A DNA stretch of 64,000 nucleotides, from the NCBI GenBank assembly GCA_963815215.1, contig CAWFFU010000011.1, forward strand, positions 576,001 to 640,000, in the 5' to 3' direction. The notes under the pieces were generated by a model. The model saw only the letters and a list, made by a program, of their open reading frames with translations, had not been told where the DNA came from and made no database searches. This document shows, one piece after another, positions 28,861-40,047 of the stretch. The translations under genes were made by a program, and so were the position numbers. The stretch comes from an uncultured Trueperaceae bacterium (lineage in GTDB: Bacteria > Deinococcota > Deinococci > Deinococcales > Trueperaceae). Every line of letters begins with the position of its first letter. The first letter of the stretch is position 1.

Positions 28861-29961
28861 ATGCGCCCTCCCGCACGAGGTATGCGCAGGGATATGTACG
28901 GCGAACAGGCGCCGGCGTGCGTCACCGTGAGCGGCCTCCCCAGCGGCGTCTCGGGGAAGGTCTCGGTGACCGGCCCCGGCGGCTACGCCCAGGTCGTCAC
29001 GGCTACGACCACCTTGCGTGTCGCGCCAGGGACCTACACCATCTCGGCCCAGAACACGCTTGACGCCAACGCCATCGTGTCCACCGTGTACGACGGCAGC
29101 GCCTCGGCCACGTCCGTCAGCGTCAGCGCCGGCGCCACGGCCTCGAGCGCCGTGACCTACGCCGCGCGCGCGGGCTCGGGTCACCTCTGGGTCCCGCTGC
29201 TCGGCGGGGGCGCGACGTCCGAGACCGAGAGCTTGCCGGGTAGTAGCCTCACCAGCACCGCTGCGGCCAGCCCGGACGTGATCCTGAGCGCGAACGGCGG
29301 GGGCGAGGCGGTGGCGGTCGACGGCGCCGGGAACCTGTGGGTCGCCGACGATACCGGCTACGTCTACGAGTTCGGCGTTGCGCAGCTCTCCAGCTCGGGC
29401 ACGCCCGCCCCTGTGGTGACCCTCGATGCGTCGGCGAACAACAGCGCGTTCTACGGCCTGGCGTTCGACCCATCCGGCGACCTCTGGGTCTCGGACTGCG
29501 GGACCACCTCGCGCCTGATCATGTACTCGCCGAGCCAGCTCGCGACGGGCGGAGCAACAGCTCCAGCTGTCGCGATCACCGATGACGGCAGCCATAGCAT
29601 CGACTGCCCGGCCGGCATCGCCTTCGACGCCGCCGGCAACCTGTGGGTCAGCAACGATGCCAACACGGTCGTACGCTTCGACGCCGGCCAGCTCGCGAGC
29701 GATGGATCTCCGACGCCGTCGGCCACCATCGCCGGCAGCTCGCTCGGAGGTGAGCCCGTGGGTCTGGCGTTCGACGCCAGTGGAGCGCTGTGGGTCGTCG
29801 ACGCATCCAGCAACGAGCTTCTGCAGTTCAAGAGCCCAGGCACGCTCAGCGGCAACGTGGCGCCCACGGCCGACGCCGTCATCTCCTCGCTGGACAGCAC
29901 CGACTACCCGATCGCGGCCTTCGACCCGCCGGCCGCCGACCTACCCATCCAGACCCCCTAG
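28861..29961 (+). CDS. NHL-repeat beta-propeller protein with a Ser/Thr-rich N-terminal domain; start uncertain, no signal peptide
   Basis: Repeats AVDGAGNLWV, AFDPSGDLWV, AFDAAGNLWV, AFDASGALWV. Confidence 0.75.
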   Translation: MRPPARGMRRDMYGEQAPACVTVSGLPSGVSGKVSVTGPGGYAQVVTATTTLRVAPGTYTISAQNTLDANAIVSTVYDGSASATSVSVSAGATASSAVTYAARAGSGHLWVPLLGGGATSETESLPGSSLTSTAAASPDVILSANGGGEAVAVDGAGNLWVADDTGYVYEFGVAQLSSSGTPAPVVTLDASANNSAFYGLAFDPSGDLWVSDCGTTSRLIMYSPSQLATGGATAPAVAITDDGSHSIDCPAGIAFDAAGNLWVSNDANTVVRFDAGQLASDGSPTPSATIAGSSLGGEPVGLAFDASGALWVVDASSNELLQFKSPGTLSGNVAPTADAVISSLDSTDYPIAAFDPPAADLPIQTP

Positions 29962-29988
29962 CCGTCCGAGGGGACCACGCACGAGAGC

Positions 29989-30027
29989 CGTTCGGCGTCC
30001 GCACCTGGTGCGGACGCCGAACGCTTT
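29989..30027 (+). terminator. Intrinsic terminator
   Basis: 17-bp perfect inverted repeat CGTTCGGCGTCCGCACC-T-GGTGCGGACGCCGAACG followed by CTTT. Confidence 0.75.
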
Positions 30028-30127
30028 GGATCTGGGCGCGGCAGTGCTCACCCAGGGCTCGCGTGCCCGCTCGACCGTGGAAGCAGCGGAGCTCGCACAC
30101 TCCGGGGCTCGCCTGCCGCCCGCATCC

Positions 30128-30181
30128 TTGACACCTCCGGACCCTCGGCCGTATCGTACTGACACCTGAATCAGTCGTCAG
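30128..30181 (+). promoter_or_regulatory. Promoter and probable TetR operator
   Basis: TTGACA (30128), 18 nt, TATCGT (30152); then palindrome CTGAC-AC-CTGA-A-TCAG-TC-GTCAG (30159-30181) over the predicted start site. Confidence 0.72.
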
Positions 30182-30238
30182 GTCCGAGCCTGCGCCACGG
30201 AGGCGCTCGGCCGCGACCTGCATGCGCGAAGGGGCGTT

Positions 30239-30838
30239 GTGTCCGAGCTACCCCGGCCCAGCACCGCACGCGGTGAGGCCACGCGACAGAAGCTTCTCCA
30301 TGCTGCCGAGGCCGAGATCGGCGAGAAGGGGTACAGCCGTGCCTCGGTCTCCAGCATCACCAAGCGCGCCGGCGTGGGGCAGGGCACCTTCTACCTCTAC
30401 TTCCCCGGCAAGGAGGACGCGCTGCGCGAGCTCGTGCGGCACATGGGACGCGAGCTGCGGCACGCGCTGAACCGCGCCACCGTCGGGGCCACCAGCCGCA
30501 CCGAGATCGAGCGTCGGGGCTTCGAGGCGTTCCTGCGCTTCAGCCTCGGGCACCAGAACCTCTACCGCGTGGTGATGGAGTCGCAGTTCGTGGACGAATC
30601 GATCTACCGGGAGTACTACCAGACCCTCGCCGACGCCTACGCCGTCGGCCTCGAGCGGGCGCAGGACGCCGACGAGTTCCGGCCGGGCGACCCCGAGACG
30701 CAGGCCTGGGCGCTGATGGGCATCGCCCACTTCCTCGGCCTGCGCTACACCATCTGGGACCACCGCGTCCCCCCGGAGAACGTCATGAGCACCGCCTTCG
30801 ACATGATCCTGCACGGCCTGGAGGCGCCCGCCCGATGA
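30239..30838 (+). CDS. TetR/AcrR family transcriptional regulator
   Basis: TRQKLLHAA...ITKRAGVGQGTFYLYFPGKE HTH. Confidence 0.93.
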   Translation: MSELPRPSTARGEATRQKLLHAAEAEIGEKGYSRASVSSITKRAGVGQGTFYLYFPGKEDALRELVRHMGRELRHALNRATVGATSRTEIERRGFEAFLRFSLGHQNLYRVVMESQFVDESIYREYYQTLADAYAVGLERAQDADEFRPGDPETQAWALMGIAHFLGLRYTIWDHRVPPENVMSTAFDMILHGLEAPAR

Positions 30839-31950
30839 GGGGGCCGGTCGCCATCACCGGGCTGGCCGCCTACGTCCCGGCCGGCCGCATCAGCTCGGCC
30901 GAGATCGCGGCCGCCAGCGGCCTGCCGGAGTGGGTGGTCCGCGACAAGCTCGGTATCCTCGAGAAGGTCCGACCCGCGCCGGACGAGCAACCCGCGGCGA
31001 TGGGCGCCTGGGCGGCGCAGGAGGCGCTGGCACGCGCCGGTGTCGACGCCGCTGAGGTCGACGTGGTGATCTCCATCACCGAGGAGTACAAGGAGTACCC
31101 GGTGTGGACCGCCGGCATCAAGATCGCCTACGACATCGGCGCGCGCCGCGCCTACGCCTACGACATCGGCCAGAAGTGCGGCACCAGCGTGCTGGGGCTG
31201 AAGCAGGCCAGGGATCTGCTGCTGGCCGACCCCGAGGTGAACACGGTGCTCGTCGCCGGCGGCTACCGCAACGGCGACCTCATCGACTTCACCGACCCCA
31301 ACGTGCGCTTCATGTACAACCTGGCGGCCGGCGGGGCCGCCGCGGTGGTGCAGCACCGGCCGCACGGCAGCGGCCACGAGCTGCTCGGCTCGCACATCCT
31401 CACCGACGGCAGCTTCTCGCTCGACGTGATGGTGCCGGTGGGCGGCACCGTCGCTCCGCTCACGCCCGAGCGCGTGCCGGACTACCGGCTGCAGGTCGCC
31501 GACCCGGCCGGCATGAAGGAACGGCTCGAGCCCACCAGCCTCGACAACTTCGTGGAGGTGGTGCGCCGCGCCGTCGCCAAATCCGGCGCGACGCTGGACG
31601 AGGTCGCCTACGTGGCCATGCTCCACGTCAAGCGCAGCGCCCACCGCACGCTGCTCGAGCGCCTGGGCGTGCCCGAGGAACGCTCCATCTACCTCGAGCA
31701 CGTCGGCCACCTCGGCCAGATGGACCAGATCCTCAGCCTGCGGCTCGCCGAGGAGCGCGGCCTGCTGGCCCCCGGCGACCTGGTGGTGCTGGTCGCGGCG
31801 GGCGTGGGCTACGTGTGGAACGCGATCTGCCTGCGCTGGGGCACCACCGGCGCCGGGCGCCCGTTCGCCGGCGACGGGCTGCGCGGCGTGCGCCCCGGCC
31901 CGCTTCCGGCCGGCGGCGAGCGCCCCTCCGTTACGGAGGCCGAGCCGTGA
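30835..31950 (+). CDS. 3-oxoacyl-ACP synthase III (FabH-like) family protein with a non-canonical active site
   Basis: ITGLAAYVP, catalytic Cys in GQKCGT, GGAAAVV, MLH, VGHLGQMDQ, GDLVVLVAAGVGYVW. Confidence 0.85.
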   Translation: MRGPVAITGLAAYVPAGRISSAEIAAASGLPEWVVRDKLGILEKVRPAPDEQPAAMGAWAAQEALARAGVDAAEVDVVISITEEYKEYPVWTAGIKIAYDIGARRAYAYDIGQKCGTSVLGLKQARDLLLADPEVNTVLVAGGYRNGDLIDFTDPNVRFMYNLAAGGAAAVVQHRPHGSGHELLGSHILTDGSFSLDVMVPVGGTVAPLTPERVPDYRLQVADPAGMKERLEPTSLDNFVEVVRRAVAKSGATLDEVAYVAMLHVKRSAHRTLLERLGVPEERSIYLEHVGHLGQMDQILSLRLAEERGLLAPGDLVVLVAAGVGYVWNAICLRWGTTGAGRPFAGDGLRGVRPGPLPAGGERPSVTEAEP

Positions 31951-33449
31951 TCCTCGACATCGCCCGCCGTCGGGCCGAGCTCACCCCGGCGCGCCCGGCC
32001 GTCTTCTGGCAGGGGCGCTGGTACGACTACGCCGAGATGAACCGCCGCGCCGAGCGGCTGGCCGGCCTGCTGGCGGGCCGCGGCATCGGCAAGGGCGATC
32101 GGGTGGCGATCCTGGCGCTCAACCACATCGCCCACCTCGACCTGCTGCTCGCCACCGCCAAGACCGGCGCCATCTACACCCCCTTCAACCACCGCCTGTC
32201 ACCGACCGAGACGCGCGCCATCGCCGCCTACGTGCGGCCCGGCCTGGTGCTCGCCGATGCCGAGCACCTCGACGTGGCCGCCACCCTCGGCGTCCCCGCG
32301 GTATCGCTCGACGACTACGAGGCGCTGCTGGCGTCGGCGCCGCCCGCGCCCGAGCCGCCGCCGCTCGACCCTGAAGACATCCAGATGATCCTGTTCACGG
32401 GCGGCACCACCGGGCTGCCCAAGGGGGCCATGCAGCCCTACCGGCAGGGCTTCTACAACGCCGTCAACACCATCGTGTCGTGGGGTCTGCGCGAGGACGA
32501 CTGCGTGGTGCAGGCCACGCCCTGCTTCCACGCCGCGCTGAACGCCTTCACCGTGCCGCTGTTCCACCTGGGCGCACGCGTCGCCGTCGAGCGGTCGTTC
32601 GAGCCCGGCGACTACCTGCGGCTGGCGGGCGAGTCCGGCGCCACCATCCTGTTCCTGGTACCCACCATGTACAAGATGGTGGCCGATCACCCGGCCTTCG
32701 CCGCGACCGACCTGAGCGCCGTGCGCTGGGCCATCTCCGGCGGCGCCCCCTGTCCGGAGCCGGTACAGCGCGCCTACCGCGGGCGCGGCGTGCGCTTCAA
32801 GCAGGGCTACGGCCTCACCGAGGCCGGCGTCAACTGCTTCACCATGTCGCTGGACGAAGCCGAGTCCCATCCCGAGTCCGTGGGCAAAGCCATCCTGCAC
32901 GCGCGAGCCGCCGTTCGCCGACCCGACGGCGGCGTCTGCGACGCCGGCGAGGTAGGCGAGCTCACGCTGGCGGGCCCGCACGTCTTCGCTGGCTACTTCG
33001 AGCGCCCCCAGGAGACCGCCGACGCCCTCCGGGACGGCTGGCTGTGGACCGGCGACCTTGCCACCATGGACGCCGACGGCTTCGTCACCATCGCCGGCCG
33101 CCGCAAGGAGATGTTCATCTCCGGCGGCGAGAACGTCTTCCCCGTCGAGATCGAGAACGCGCTGTACGACCTGCCCGGCGTCTCCGAGTGTGCCGTGCTG
33201 GGGGTGTCCGACCCGCGCTGGGGCGAGGTGGGCCTGGCGGTGGTGGTGCCGCGCTCCGGCCTGGCGCTCGACGCCGACACGGTGCGCGCCTTCCTCACCG
33301 AGCGCCTCGCACGCTACAAGGTCCCCAAACACGTCCGCCTCGCCGAGCGTCTCCCCAAGAGCGGCGCCGGCAAGATCCTCAAGAGCGAGCTCAGGAACGA
33401 CTTCGAGCGCGGCCAGCATCCGGCGGACGGGAGCGACCGACGTGACTGA
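31947..33449 (+). CDS. Acyl-CoA synthetase (AMP-binding; long-chain fatty acid-CoA ligase/MenE-like)
   Basis: FTGGTTGLPKG, QGYGLTE, WTGD, ISGGENVFP, LPKSGAGK; GTGA overlap. Confidence 0.92.
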   Translation: MILDIARRRAELTPARPAVFWQGRWYDYAEMNRRAERLAGLLAGRGIGKGDRVAILALNHIAHLDLLLATAKTGAIYTPFNHRLSPTETRAIAAYVRPGLVLADAEHLDVAATLGVPAVSLDDYEALLASAPPAPEPPPLDPEDIQMILFTGGTTGLPKGAMQPYRQGFYNAVNTIVSWGLREDDCVVQATPCFHAALNAFTVPLFHLGARVAVERSFEPGDYLRLAGESGATILFLVPTMYKMVADHPAFAATDLSAVRWAISGGAPCPEPVQRAYRGRGVRFKQGYGLTEAGVNCFTMSLDEAESHPESVGKAILHARAAVRRPDGGVCDAGEVGELTLAGPHVFAGYFERPQETADALRDGWLWTGDLATMDADGFVTIAGRRKEMFISGGENVFPVEIENALYDLPGVSECAVLGVSDPRWGEVGLAVVVPRSGLALDADTVRAFLTERLARYKVPKHVRLAERLPKSGAGKILKSELRNDFERGQHPADGSDRRD

Positions 33450-34299
33450 CGCGCCTGCCTGGAACGCCACCGACGATCTCGAGCTGCGCAGCGGCATCCG
33501 CATGCGGGTGGTGCAGACGGGCCGGCCCGACGGCGAACCGGTGGTGCTGATCAACGGCATCTTCATGCACACCGGCAGCTGGGAGGGACTCGAGCAGGCG
33601 CTCGCGGCCGACTACCGGGTGGTCCGCTACGACGGCCGCGGCCAGGGGGAGTCCTCCAAGCCCGAGGGACCCTACACCGTGGCGCAGCACACCGACGACC
33701 TCGAGGCGCTGCTCGACACCCTCGCGCTCGGGCCGGTCCACCTGGTGGGCCTCTCCAACGGCGCGCTGGCCGCCCTCGAGCTGGCCGGCCGGCGCCCCGA
33801 GCTGCTGCGCTCGCTCGCCATCCTCGACGGCTTCGGCCGCGTCGATGCGCTGCTGCGCGCGGTGCTGCGCTCCTGGCGGGCGGCCCTGGCGCTGGGAGGC
33901 ACCGGCGGCCGCTTCGACGTGGCCACGCCCTGGGTGTGGGGCCACAGCTTCCTCGCCGAGCACGAGGGCTGGCTGCTGGGCCTGCGCGACGAGGCGGCCC
34001 GGGCCGACCCCCGTCCCGTCCTGGCGCTGGTGGAGGGCGCGCTCGCCTACGGGGAGGAGGAGCGCGAGGCGGTGAGCGCCCTGCGCACCTACGCCGGACC
34101 GCTGCTGACCCTGGTGGGCGAGGACGACCTGCTGAGCCCGGCCCGCTACAGCCTCGAGATGCTGGAGGCGGCGGGGCGCGGCAGCCTGGTGACGGTGGCG
34201 CACGCCGGCCACGCTGCGCCGATCGAGCGGCCCGACGTCGTCGCCTCCGAGCTGGACGCCTTCTTCCGGCACGTCCGGGCCGAGGGGCCCACCCCATGA
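33442..34299 (+). CDS. Alpha/beta hydrolase (PcaD-like)
   Basis: LINGIFM, YDGRGQG, GLSNGA nucleophile elbow, GEDD, AGHAA. Confidence 0.88.
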   Translation: MTDAPAWNATDDLELRSGIRMRVVQTGRPDGEPVVLINGIFMHTGSWEGLEQALAADYRVVRYDGRGQGESSKPEGPYTVAQHTDDLEALLDTLALGPVHLVGLSNGALAALELAGRRPELLRSLAILDGFGRVDALLRAVLRSWRAALALGGTGGRFDVATPWVWGHSFLAEHEGWLLGLRDEAARADPRPVLALVEGALAYGEEEREAVSALRTYAGPLLTLVGEDDLLSPARYSLEMLEAAGRGSLVTVAHAGHAAPIERPDVVASELDAFFRHVRAEGPTP

Positions 34300-35135
34300 G
34301 CGGCGCGGCGCGCGGCGCCCTGCAACGCCTGGAGGTCGCCGGGACCGTCGTCGCCTACGTGCGCGCCGGCGCAGGCGCGCCGGTGGTGCTGGTCCACGGC
34401 AACCTGGCGAGCCACCGCTACTGGCAGGAGCTGCTGAGCGCGCCGCCGGCGGGGCTCGAGCTCATCGCCCCCGACCTACCCAACTTCGGCGCCTCGGCCC
34501 CCCTGCCGGGACCGGTGACGATGCGCGCCTACGGCGCAGTGCTGGCCGCGTTCCTGGCGGCGCTCGACCTGCGCGACGTGACGCTGGTGGGCCACAGCCT
34601 CGGTGGCGCGGCGGCGCAGGCCTGCGCCGGCCTGGCAGCGGACCGCGTCACGCGCCTGCTGCTGATCGACTCCCCCGCGCCCGGCGCCTTCCACGCCCCC
34701 GAGGCGAGCCTGCGCGGCGCCGAGGTACTGGCCGCGGAGCCGGACCCGGCCGCGCGCCGCGCGATGATCGCCGGCGCGCTCCCCGCCGTGATGCCGACCC
34801 GCGTCCCTCCCTACTTCGACGAGCTGGTCGCCGAGGCCGCCCGCATCCCCCCCGAGGCCATCGTCCCGAACGCGCACGCGCTCGAGACCATGGACCTGCG
34901 CGACCTCGCGGCCGCCTACCGCGGCTCCGTCGTGGTGTTGCGGGGCGGCAGGGACGCGCTGGTCACCGATGCGCTGGCGCGCGCCACGCTCGACGCCTAC
35001 GGCGCCGAGCGCTGTCGGCACCTCACCTGGGACGACGTCGGCCACTCCCCCCAGATCGAGGCGCCCGACCGCTTCGCGAGACTCCTGAACGCTGTCGTTT
35101 CGGATCGAGACCCTGGGGGAACCGCCATGACCTGA
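34296..35135 (+). CDS. Alpha/beta hydrolase (esterase/depolymerase-like)
   Basis: LVHGNLAS, PDLPNFG, GHSLGG, GGRD, VGHSPQIE. Confidence 0.88.
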   Translation: MSGAARGALQRLEVAGTVVAYVRAGAGAPVVLVHGNLASHRYWQELLSAPPAGLELIAPDLPNFGASAPLPGPVTMRAYGAVLAAFLAALDLRDVTLVGHSLGGAAAQACAGLAADRVTRLLLIDSPAPGAFHAPEASLRGAEVLAAEPDPAARRAMIAGALPAVMPTRVPPYFDELVAEAARIPPEAIVPNAHALETMDLRDLAAAYRGSVVVLRGGRDALVTDALARATLDAYGAERCRHLTWDDVGHSPQIEAPDRFARLLNAVVSDRDPGGTAMT

Positions 35136-35233
35136 CCCGCCCGAGCCCCGAGGAGGAACCCACCCATCATCCCCAGGTCATCCACCTTTCGCCGCGCGGC
35201 CGTTCCGCGGCCGCCCCATCACCAGGAGGCAGC

Positions 35234-36433
35234 ATGAAGCGCATCGTGTTCATACTCGTCGCGATCCTCGCGTCGCTGGCGCTGGCCCAGCCCGTGACCA
35301 TCGGCATCCTCAGCCCGCTCACCGGCGGCGCCGCCGGTACCGGTCAGGCCCAGAAGCAGGGCTTCGACCTGGCCCTCAAGGAGATCAACGCCGCCGGTGG
35401 CGTGCTGGGCCAGCCGCTCAAGGTCATCTACGCCGACACCCAGGCCAACGGCAAGGTCGCCGTCGCGGCCTTCGAGAAGCTCATGACCGAGGACAACGTC
35501 CAGTTCATCGGCGGCGGCTACAGCTCCGGCGTGACGCTCGCCCTGGCCGAGTCCTTCAAGACCTTCCAGCCCATCGTGAGCTGGATCGGCGGCGCCGTGT
35601 CGGGCGTCGGGATCGACAACTTCGACGGCATCGAGGAGATCCTCGGCAACGAGCCCTGGTTCTTCCACGTGCACCCCTGGGACTACCAGAACACCGAGGC
35701 GTCCACCAACTTCATCGCCGCCAGCGGCGTGAAGACGGTCGCCCTGCTGCACGAGGACTCCGCCTTCGGCGGACCCGGCTCCCAGGAGGCCCAGAAGCTG
35801 CTCGAGAAGGCGGGCCTCACGGTCACCATCAACGAGGCGTTCAAGTCGACGCTGTTCGGCGGCACCGGCGACTTCCGCGCCGCCATCAGCAAGGCGGCGG
35901 CCACCAAGGCCGACATGCTCTACTGGATCGGCTACGACTCCGACGTGGTGCCGATGATCAGCCAGACCCGCGAGCTCAACTACCGTCCGCAGCAGATCTT
36001 CGGGGCCCCTCCGGGATGGCCGAGCGACTTCGCCAAGGCGCCCGAAGCGCAGTGCGTCACCGGCCTGATCGGCTTCATGCCGAACCTGCCGACGCCAGAG
36101 GCCGCCGCCTTCACCAAGAGCTTCGAGGCCATGTACAACAAGGCGCCCGACAACTACATGTCGGCCCTGGCCTACGCGCAGCTGTGGTCGTACGCCGACA
36201 GCATCAACAAGGCGGGCACGACCGACCAGCAGGCCGTCATCAAGGCCATGGAGAGCCTCACCTTCAAGTCGCCCATGGGGCCCTGGAAGTTCCACGACTC
36301 CCAGATCACCCATCACCAGGGCTTCGGTGCCGACATGTGGCTGGTGTTCCAGTACCAGAACGGCGTGCGCCAGATCGTCTGGCCCACCAGCAAGGCCACC
36401 GCGCCGCTGCAGAGCTGCCAGGCGGGCCACTGA
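35234..36433 (+). CDS. Branched-chain amino acid-type (Liv) ABC substrate-binding protein
   Basis: Signal peptide ending ALAQ; IGILSPLTG, EINAAGGVLG, GGYSSG. Confidence 0.92.
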   Translation: MKRIVFILVAILASLALAQPVTIGILSPLTGGAAGTGQAQKQGFDLALKEINAAGGVLGQPLKVIYADTQANGKVAVAAFEKLMTEDNVQFIGGGYSSGVTLALAESFKTFQPIVSWIGGAVSGVGIDNFDGIEEILGNEPWFFHVHPWDYQNTEASTNFIAASGVKTVALLHEDSAFGGPGSQEAQKLLEKAGLTVTINEAFKSTLFGGTGDFRAAISKAAATKADMLYWIGYDSDVVPMISQTRELNYRPQQIFGAPPGWPSDFAKAPEAQCVTGLIGFMPNLPTPEAAAFTKSFEAMYNKAPDNYMSALAYAQLWSYADSINKAGTTDQQAVIKAMESLTFKSPMGPWKFHDSQITHHQGFGADMWLVFQYQNGVRQIVWPTSKATAPLQSCQAGH

Positions 36434-36439
36434 CCTCCC

Positions 36440-36510
36440 GCTGCGGCGCCCCGCGGGGGCACCGCAGCTGCCCGGTAGACGCGGTGGGTCGGCTCGAGCC
36501 GACCCACCGC
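36440..36510. repeat. Two intercistronic hairpins after the SBP gene
   Basis: GCTGCGG-C-GCCCC/GGGGC-A-CCGCAGC (36440-36468) and a perfect 30-bp palindrome GCGGTGGGTCGGCTCGAGCCGACCCACCGC (36481-36510). Confidence 0.7.
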
Positions 36511-36566
36511 CCCCGGGCGGACACGAACGCGGATCTGATGCCACTCTCCCTACCCTCCCCCCTCCC

Positions 36567-37433
36567 ATGGATCTGACCCTCCTCGCCCAGGGCCTGGTGT
36601 CCGGCGTTCTCGCCGCGGGGCTCTACGCCCTCGTGTCGGTGGGACTGGCGCTGGCCATCGGCGTCATCGGCATCATCAACTTCGCGCACGGCGAGTTCTT
36701 CATGATCGGGGCGTTCCTCGCCTACCAGCTCTCCGTGAGTCTGGGTCTCGACCCCCTGATCTCCCTTATCTTCGTGGCGCCCGCGCTCTTCATCATCGGC
36801 GCCGTCATCTATCAATCCACCATCCGCTACGTGTTGGAGGCTCCCGAACTCAACCAGATGCTCCTCACCTTCGGCCTCTCCATCGTGCTGCAGAACCTGG
36901 CGCTGGTGATCTGGGGCGGCGATCCCCGCTCCATCAGCAACGTGCCCTACCGCTCGGTGGGGTACCAGGTCGGCGGCATCAGCATCGGTCTGGTGCCGCT
37001 GGGGAGCTTCGTGATCTCGCTGGCGCTGGTCCTCGCCCTGTACTGGGTGCTGGCGCGCACCCGGCTCGGCCGGGCCATGCGCGCGGTGGCCCAGAACCGC
37101 GTCGGCGCCAGCCTGGTGGGCCTGGAGGTCAACCGCATCTACCTCGTGGCGTTCGCGCTGTCGGCGCTGCTGGCGGGCATCGGCGGGGTGATGATCGCGG
37201 TCATCCAGTCCCCAACGCCCACCGTCGGCTTCGCCTTCACCCTCAAGGCGTTCGCCATCGTGGTGCTGGCGGGGCTGGGCAACATCCGCGGCATCCTGTG
37301 GGCGTCACTGACGGTCGCTGTGTCCGAGTCGCTGGTGGCGACCCTGGTGCCCAACGGCGACGCGCTGCGCAACGCCGTGTTCTTCGCCATCATCTTCATC
37401 GTGCTGGTGGTCCGCGCCCGGAGGACGGCATGA
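36567..37433 (+). CDS. Liv-type ABC permease (LivH-like)
   Basis: INFAHGEF, TRLGRAMRAVAQN, KAFAIVVLAGLG. Confidence 0.92.
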   Translation: MDLTLLAQGLVSGVLAAGLYALVSVGLALAIGVIGIINFAHGEFFMIGAFLAYQLSVSLGLDPLISLIFVAPALFIIGAVIYQSTIRYVLEAPELNQMLLTFGLSIVLQNLALVIWGGDPRSISNVPYRSVGYQVGGISIGLVPLGSFVISLALVLALYWVLARTRLGRAMRAVAQNRVGASLVGLEVNRIYLVAFALSALLAGIGGVMIAVIQSPTPTVGFAFTLKAFAIVVLAGLGNIRGILWASLTVAVSESLVATLVPNGDALRNAVFFAIIFIVLVVRARRTA

Positions 37434-38457
37434 GGCGCGCGCTGCCCGACCTGCTGTGGACGCTGCTGCTCGCCGCGGTCGTGGCGCTGGCGCCGACCGT
37501 GCTCAAGGCGCTGTTCGCCCAGGCGTCGGTGAGCTACCTGTCGCTGGCCTCCAACGCCGTCAGCCTCGCCATCCTGGCGCTGTCGTGGGACCTGCTGGCG
37601 CGCACCGGCCAGCTGTCGTTGGCCCACGCCGCCTTCTACGGCGCCGGCGCCTACACCGCCGCCATCCTCGCCAAGCTCGGCGGCCTGCCGCTCGCCTTCG
37701 ACCTACCGCTGGCGGGCGTGGTGGGGGCGATCCTGGCCCTCGGCCTCGGGTCGGTGACGCTACGGCTCAAGGGCATCTACTTCGCCATCGCCACGCTGGC
37801 CTTCACCGAGGTCCTCAAGGCGGTCGTGCAGGAACTCCCCACCGGATTGGCGGGGGGCGCCGCCGGCCTCAACGTGCCGCCGCTGTTCCGCCCCCACTTC
37901 GTGCCCGGCGCGATGCAGCGCTGGGAGATCGCCTACCAGCGCAACGAGGCCTACTTCTACGTCTACGGCGGGCTGTTGGTGCTGACCATCCTGGTGTCCG
38001 TGCTCGCGCAGCGCACCCGGCTCAAGGCCGCCTTCACGGCGGTCCGCACCAACGAGGAGGTCGCCGCCGTGATGGGCGTGCGTCCCGCCCGGGTCAAGCT
38101 GCTGGCGTTCGTGCTGTCGAGCGCGCTGGTGGGCATGCTCGGCGCGCTGGAAGCGATGCGGCTGGGGAGCGTGATCCCGGACGGGACCTTCGCCGTCTCG
38201 ACCACGGTGTTCGCGCTGGTGACGCCCATCTTCGGCGGCCTGTACACCACGCTCGGCCCCATCCTCGGCGCCGGCGTGCTGTCCGCGGTCGAGGAGACCC
38301 TCAGGCGCACCTTCGCCGAGGGCTACCTGATCGGCTACGGCATCGTGCTGGTGGCCTCCATCCTGTTCATGCCGCGCGGGCTGGTGGGGCTCGCCACTCG
38401 CCTGGCGCGCCGCCGTAGGGGCCCGCCGCCCTCCGCCGACGGCGAGGAGGCCGGCTG

Positions 38458-38458
<1 letters not shown>
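37430..38458 (+). CDS. Liv-type ABC permease (LivM-like)
   Basis: TGQLSLAHAAFYGAGAY, LRLKGIYFAIATLAF, FMPRGLVG. Confidence 0.92.
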
Positions 38459-39956
<1,498 letters not shown>

Positions 39957-40047
39957 CGATAGAGCCTCTCGCTCCGGCCGACAGGCCCCCTCGCCCCGCG
40001 CCGCGGGCTCCCGGCCCCCCTCGGAGGGCCGGGACCCCGCTTCAGCT

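Noticed and set aside
29989..30023. Long inverted repeats as MITE/REP elements
   Set aside because: The hairpins share no sequence with each other and sit at gene 3' ends, consistent with terminators or mRNA stabilisers.
30835..35135. Polyketide or secondary-metabolite biosynthetic cluster
   Set aside because: No ACP, PPTase, KS or exporter; the linked transporter is an importer.
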